Assembly (NCBI GenBank): GCA_004431415.1
Contig: QPMI01000127.1
Location: forward strand, 1 to 64,000
Reading direction: 5' to 3'
Source of the DNA: Cyanophora paradoxa CCMP329
Taxonomy: Eukaryota > Plantae > Glaucophyta
DNA length: 64,000 bases
Part shown: one piece after another, positions 59,030-64,000 of the stretch
How the letters are laid out: every line of letters begins with the position of its first letter
Numbering within the stretch: the stretch's first letter is position 1
The notes under the pieces: model-generated
What the model was told of the DNA's origin: nothing
What the model saw: only the letters and a program-made list of their open reading frames with translations
Databases searched by the model: none
Position numbers and translations under genes: made by a program

Positions 59030-59339
59030 GTGAGAGCGCGCGCGCACCGGGGCAGCAGCACGAGACGTACTACTCGGTCTGGGCTGCTCCGAACCGGAGC
59101 TCATACTACTTGCTTGACCGCCGGCGACGCCGGCGGGCCGGTTGGATCAAAACGCTCTCCGGTGCTTCAGCGCACGCTGGCCAGCTTCCTGGGCGCGAGC
59201 GATCGCTGGATTTCGCCAGGTGGCCAGGCGATGAAGGTGCGCGCGCGTGTACCCCCCCCCCTTCCACCCCCCCCCAGCCCGGCGGACCGATCAATCGCCG
59301 CCGCCATGATGACGTCGCCGACAGCAGCAGCAGCAGCAG

Positions 59340-59672
59340 CAGGGCCGAGGCCGTCGTCCGGTGGACCTGCGCGTAGGCCCAGGCGATGGCGAGGCCGACG
59401 CCAAGGAGGACGAGGGTCCCGCCGATGAGGACCCCGCCGATGAGCCAGAGGACCGAGTAGAACTTGCCGACGGCCGCGAGGCCGCCTACGGCCGCGCCGG
59501 CGAGGCCGCCTCCGCCGCCCGGCGCCGGCGCGGGGGGGTAGTAGTACGGTACCGGTGCTGGTGGAGGAAGGTATGCGTACGGCGGCGGCGGCGGCGGGTA
59601 GTAGTACGCAGCTGGGGGGGCCGCCGGCGGCGCGGGGGGCGGGGGCGGGGCTGCAGTGGTGGCAGTGGCCAT
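59340..59672 (-). pseudogene. DUF3592-like membrane protein paralogue, N-terminal fragment
   Basis: Pro/Tyr-rich head then GGLAAVGKFYSVLWLIGGVLIGG TM; breaks at a (CTG)n tract. Confidence 0.6.
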
Positions 59673-59731
59673 TAAATATTCAACATTCAATCGATTCCGT
59701 GAAAATAATAGGATGCTCGCTGGCGGCCGCC

Positions 59732-60242
59732 CTACTTACGCAGCATCCTCAGGGCGTTCGCGCCCCCCACGAAGACGGCGCCGGCCTTGCTCGAGCGGGC
59801 GATGTACCACTGCGAGACGGACGCCACGAGGATGATGACGCCGACGACGAAGAGGATCCCGACGACGAAGGCGAAATGGGGCCACGGCTGGTGCACGCTG
59901 CCGGCGGGGTTTGCGGGGTCGTACCGCACCTCGACGCCGTCCCCCGCTCTGTAGGCCGAGCCCGAGCGCTGGATCGAGATCCGGCGGTCGTCGACCCGCA
60001 CCCCACCGGCGGTGACGAAGGATATGTCCACGTCGCACGTGTAGGTGGGCGTGGAGGAGTCCTTGGAGCCGCCCCGCGAGCAGGCGTGCACCCGCGTGAC
60101 CGTGGCGGTCGCGGCGCTCGTGTGGGCGTTCGAGCGGGCCCGCGAGATGGCCCAGGCGGTGCCGACGAGGAGGAAGATGCCCCCGATGAGGCCGCCCACG
60201 ATCAGGTTCACCTTGGAGGTGACACGGCCGACGTCGGCGAGG
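59732..60242 (-). pseudogene. DUF3592-like membrane protein, C-terminal part
   Basis: TM, ATATVT, YRAGDGVEVRYDPANP, TM. Confidence 0.75.
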
Positions 60243-60491
60243 TCCCCGCCCAGTGGGAGGCCGGGGCCAGCGGCCCCAGCGACAACGATAGCGCCGTCAC
60301 CGTCGCGCGGGCCCTCGGCCTCGTCTTCGTCCTCGACGGCCGGTCGTTCGAGGCTTACAACCCGGCCACCGAGCCGGACCCCGCCGCGGCGGCCACGCTG
60401 GCCCTCGAGCGCCTGCTGGTGGCCTCGGGCCCCGCCGAGCTGCGGTTCGTCGGGGAGCGCACTGCGTGAAGCTCGGGTTGCTAGTTAACGA

Positions 60492-60600
60492 TGCTGTCAT
60501 CGCGCCTTTTTGAAAAAGTGACCACGTACCCCCCCCATTCGGCCGGACGGTCCGACCGGGCTGCTCAGTTGCTGTCATCGCGCCTTTTTGAAAGAGTGAC
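60492..60600. repeat. 31-bp direct repeat pair with 47-bp spacer
   Basis: tgctgtcatcgcgcctttttgaaa(a/g)agtgac at 60492-60522 and 60570-60600. Confidence 0.9.
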
Positions 60601-61074
60601 GTGGAGGGCGCCCTGCCGGTAGTCCCACACGACCACCTTGGCAGCGGCCCCCGTGTGCATTGCGACCAGGGCCAGGCCGTTGACGCTGTCCACCGCCGCC
60701 CCGACGACCGCGCGCCGTGCCTCCTCGCCGGCCAGGTCCGACGGGGCGAAGACGCCGGCGCATGCGATCGCCTGGATGGCCACGCATTTCGGGGGTTCGT
60801 CAGCAGGGCACGCCCCACCGGTACCGCCGCTGCTGTCGTCTCCATCCGGCGGCGCCGGCAGCAGTGTAGGGGACCCAAAGATAACGACGATGGTGGCGGC
60901 CGACATGAGGGAGAGGAGGAGGAGGGTGGTGGCGGCGGCGGCGGCGGAGGCCATATTGCGGGCACGTGCGTGTGTGTTTCGTGGCTGTGATATTTATACA
61001 ACTAGCTGCTCAACTACCGAGGGCCTCCCTCCTCCGCAGCGGCGATGCCGCTGAGTGCCATGAGGTCGCGGGCG

Positions 61075-61700
61075 GGCATTGCCTGCCAGTGGACGAACTC
61101 CTCGGCGAGGCGGGCGATGCGGCGGTCGAAGGAGCACTTGCGGACCCTGCCGTGGACGCGCCAGACATCTGGGTTGAACCTCAGCCAGACGAGTGGGACG
61201 CGCGAGGCCGCCGCAAGGACCGCCTCGCGCATGCGCTCATCGGCGAAGTCGTAGTCCCTGTGCGCGTGCTGGTCGACCTCCACGACGATGATGCGGTCGG
61301 GGAAGAGGAAGAGGTTGTCCGGACGGCGGACTTCGGGGTCGAAGAGCCGGACCTCGCTCGGGAGGGCGCTGAATGACCTGTTGCGGTAGGTGGGCCGGCG
61401 CCCACCGAGCGCGGCCGTGAGGGCCACGATGACGCGGTCATCGGCGGTGTCGCAGCCCTGCTCCACACGTGCCTGGTGCCTGGGGCAGAAGCGTGGACAG
61501 GGCCCCTCTCCCTGGGCGGGAACGGTGCAGCCGCTGTCGTGGGTGCAGCGGAACTTCAGGCGGCGGCACCCAGCAGCTGATCTGCTGAGGAGCCGATGGT
61601 TCAAGCAGTAGAACATGCTCCGAGGGGGGCCGTCGGGGTCGGGGCTGCGGCCGCAGCGCTCGTCGAAGGTGCAGTCCGCCGCACCGTGCTCTCTGCAGAA
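61075..61700 (-). CDS. NCLDV Vsr/DUF559-like endonuclease with N-terminal Cys/His motifs
   Basis: FC..H / YC..H motifs, then RRPD...IIVVEVDQHAHRDY...VWLRFNPD. Confidence 0.8.
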
Positions 61701-62469
61701 GCGACTGTCTGGGAGCGAGGGGGGCCATCGAGGGACAGCCGCCGTCGAACTTGCAGACGCTGGGCTTGGAGAGGAGAGTAGCATCCTTCCGGTGCGCCGC
61801 CGTCGCCGAGGCCGAGCGCACCCTGATGGAGCTAGCGGAGCGCGTGGCGGACGCGTCCGCGCGCGGGTGCTACACTATGCCCCTCCTCGGGGTGCCCGCC
61901 GGGCCAGACGGCCGCGAACCCCTGCCGCGAGTGCATGTCCCTTGCAGACGCCGCCCGCCCCGCCGGCTCCTACCTCTGCTCCTACGGCTGCCCGCCCGGC
62001 ATGTTCTCCGTCAGCGCCTGCGACGATGGGCCCGGCGCCCCGCCCTGCAACACCACAGGCCTCTGCGCCAACGGCTGCCCTCCAGGCGCCACAAGATGCC
62101 CCTAACTCACATCCAGTGCGAGTCAGCTAGCTGCTCTCCCTCGCCTACGCCGGCGCCCCCGGCCGGCCCGCCCTCTCCCCTCCTCGCGACCGAGGCCGAG
62201 GCCGCCTGCGCCGCGGTCGCGGGGGCCACGCTGCCCGGAGTGCCGGCGACCCTCCCCCGCCTCACTCTTCTCTCCGTCAGCGGCCTCTGGCCGCCGGCGC
62301 CGCGCACCCCGCGGCCGCCGCTCGCGGCGACGGAGCCGTACCGCCTCCACCACGGGCTGTCGGGATCACGTTGCTTGAGCCCACGCGCCCGATGGTGATC
62401 GACCCCACGTCGCGCCCGCTACCAATGCTGATCGAGTTCGCCCCGGGCGGGGCGTCCAGCCCCCCAACG

Positions 62470-63075
62470 GCAACGGCTGCCCCCCGGGCTCGCAGAGACT
62501 CACAGGTTGCACAGACCGCATTGGCGCCGTCTGCTCGACCACCGGCCTGTGCGGAAACGGGTGCAGGCCGGGGGCAAGTGTGATCTACGGGTGCGTCGAA
62601 GGCCCCACGTGCTCCTTTGATGAAAAATGCGCCAACGGATGCGCCCCAGGCATGCGGCGCGCCGCGGGGTGCGCAGAGGGGGACACATGCTCAATCGACG
62701 GGAAGTGCGGCAACGGGTGTTTCCCAGGATTGCGGCCTGTCTTCGGCTGCCCCGAAGCACCCCTGGGGGTGCCTGTCTGCTCTCGTGATGGCAAATGTGC
62801 GAACGGCTGCTTCCCCGCGGAGTCCCTCATTTTCTGCGAGGAGGGGCCCGTCTGCTCGATCGGCGGCACTTGCGCAAACGGGTGCCCTCCCGGCGAAAAA
62901 CCGCTCGAGGGGTGCTCGGAGGGCCCGACCTGCTCGCGGGACGAAACGTGCGCCAATGGGTGCCCTCCCGGGACCCGGCCTTTGCACGGGTGCGAGGAGG
63001 GGTATGGCAAGTTCGTCTGCTCCCAGGATGGGAACTGCGCCAACAAGTGCCCGCCTGGGAGAGTGCCCCTGAACG
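62470..63075 (+). CDS. Cys-rich repeat protein internal fragment
   Basis: About eight GP.CS.DG.CANGC.PG..P..GC.E repeats, same family as 8460-8862. Confidence 0.8.
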
Positions 63076-63239
63076 GGAAAAACCCAGGGAGGAGGGTAGA
63101 CCCAGGCGCGGCTGCCCTCCCGCGCACCCGCGTACCAAGCCCGATCGCCCCCGGTCATGGCCAGGCGCCCGCCCCAGGCAACCAGCCCTACCAGTGCGAA
63201 GGCGGCGATGGCGCGGGTGATGGTTGCCATTGCAAGCTG

Positions 63240-63560
63240 CTCAAGGTGTGGGTAGGAAAATATGTATATATATATTTATACTGCTACTCCAACCAAAAAA
63301 GTGATATACTCTGCTAAGTTTTTTTAACGTATATCGATACACTGTTCGAAACTAAACATCCTCCTCCAAAAAACTATATGTCATATAAACTCTTCAAAAG
63401 CGTCAAATCAACATTGTGACGGCCAGGTATACGTAAAGAAACAGGAACAACTTATAACTCATCGAACTGAAAGCGCCTCTGCGGGCATCACGCGCGCTTC
63501 AAACGTCGTGTCCATGGAAGCGAGGCTTATGCCAATACATTAACATATATATAACGTGCG
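63240..63560. other. AT-rich non-coding island
   Basis: Abrupt drop in GC with TA and A tracts and no ORF. Confidence 0.6.
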
Positions 63561-64000
63561 CGCGCGCGGCGCCTGCTCTTCTACTCAGCCCGGCTGGCGC
63601 CGAAGCTCGCGATCCAGTTCTCCCACTCAGGCACTGTGGCGCCGGCGCCAATGACAGGGGTCATAATCTCGATCTCCGGCGGCGCCGGCGCCGGCAGCAG
63701 CGGTCTTACGTAGATGGATCTGTCGCACCAGTGGCTCTCGGCGCTGGAGCGCCGGTCCGTGCGCGGCCGCGGCCGGCGCCGATGACGGAGCCACACTAGG
63801 AACGCGACGACGACGATGAGAGTCTCCTCGAGCGAAACTTGATCGGTCGGCATCGCGCCGGCCGCCGCCGCGCGCGCGCGCGCCTGCTGCTGCTGCTGCT
63901 GCTGCTCCTTCTCCACTGCCGCCGCCGCGCCGCGCGCGCCGGGGGCCGGCGGGGGGCTGGATCCCCACGCGTACCGCAGCGTACGTACGCGGGGTTATAC

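Noticed and set aside
8065-60242. All rearrangements being simple pairwise reciprocal exchanges
   Set aside because: Reciprocal products for the kinase, DUF3592 and 13 kb/34 kb pairs do not give sensible frames; only the A32 case does.
60492-60600. CRISPR array
   Set aside because: Only two repeats, no leader or cas genes, eukaryotic-virus context.
1-64000. Long Arg/Pro/Gly/Ala-rich ORFs in the track (e.g. 3672-5492, 20448-22295, 23390-25540, 53553-55274, 57761-59428)
   Set aside because: Shadow frames of high-GC DNA or read-through across fragment junctions and introns; no coherent protein signal.
1-64000. tRNA, rRNA, transposase, major capsid protein, DNA polymerase
   Set aside because: No supporting motifs recognised by eye; short divergent pieces could have been missed.

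Overview
Very GC-rich (about 70% or more by eye, not computed) DNA of giant-virus (Nucleocytoviricota) type. Recognisable pieces include A32 packaging ATPase, VLTF2, the VLTF3 N-terminus, PCNA, YqaJ recombinase, DUF5832, a DVNP nucleoprotein, a Vsr-like endonuclease, fibre/Gly-rich/Cys-rich surface proteins, and F-box/LRR, BTB, RING and PHD/ADD regulators. The dominant feature is that this is not a normal colinear genome. It is a patchwork of gene fragments, mostly about 0.1-1.4 kb long, in mixed order and orientation. For five genes (A32, VLTF2, a kinase, a DUF3592 protein, a conserved NCLDV protein) consecutive pieces lie 0.7-43 kb apart, sometimes on opposite strands, and re-join in frame with 0-6 nt overlaps. 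I saw no large exact duplication. This fits a single viral genome shattered and re-ligated, although a library, assembly or computational artefact cannot be excluded from sequence alone. A subset of regulator genes carries dense, short GT-AG spliceosomal introns with positions conserved between paralogues, while the core-gene fragments seen here are intronless. Most long entries in the ORF track are chimeric or GC-shadow ORFs. All family assignments are motif recognition from memory, not database searches. No rRNA, tRNA, CRISPR array, major capsid protein or DNA polymerase was recognised.
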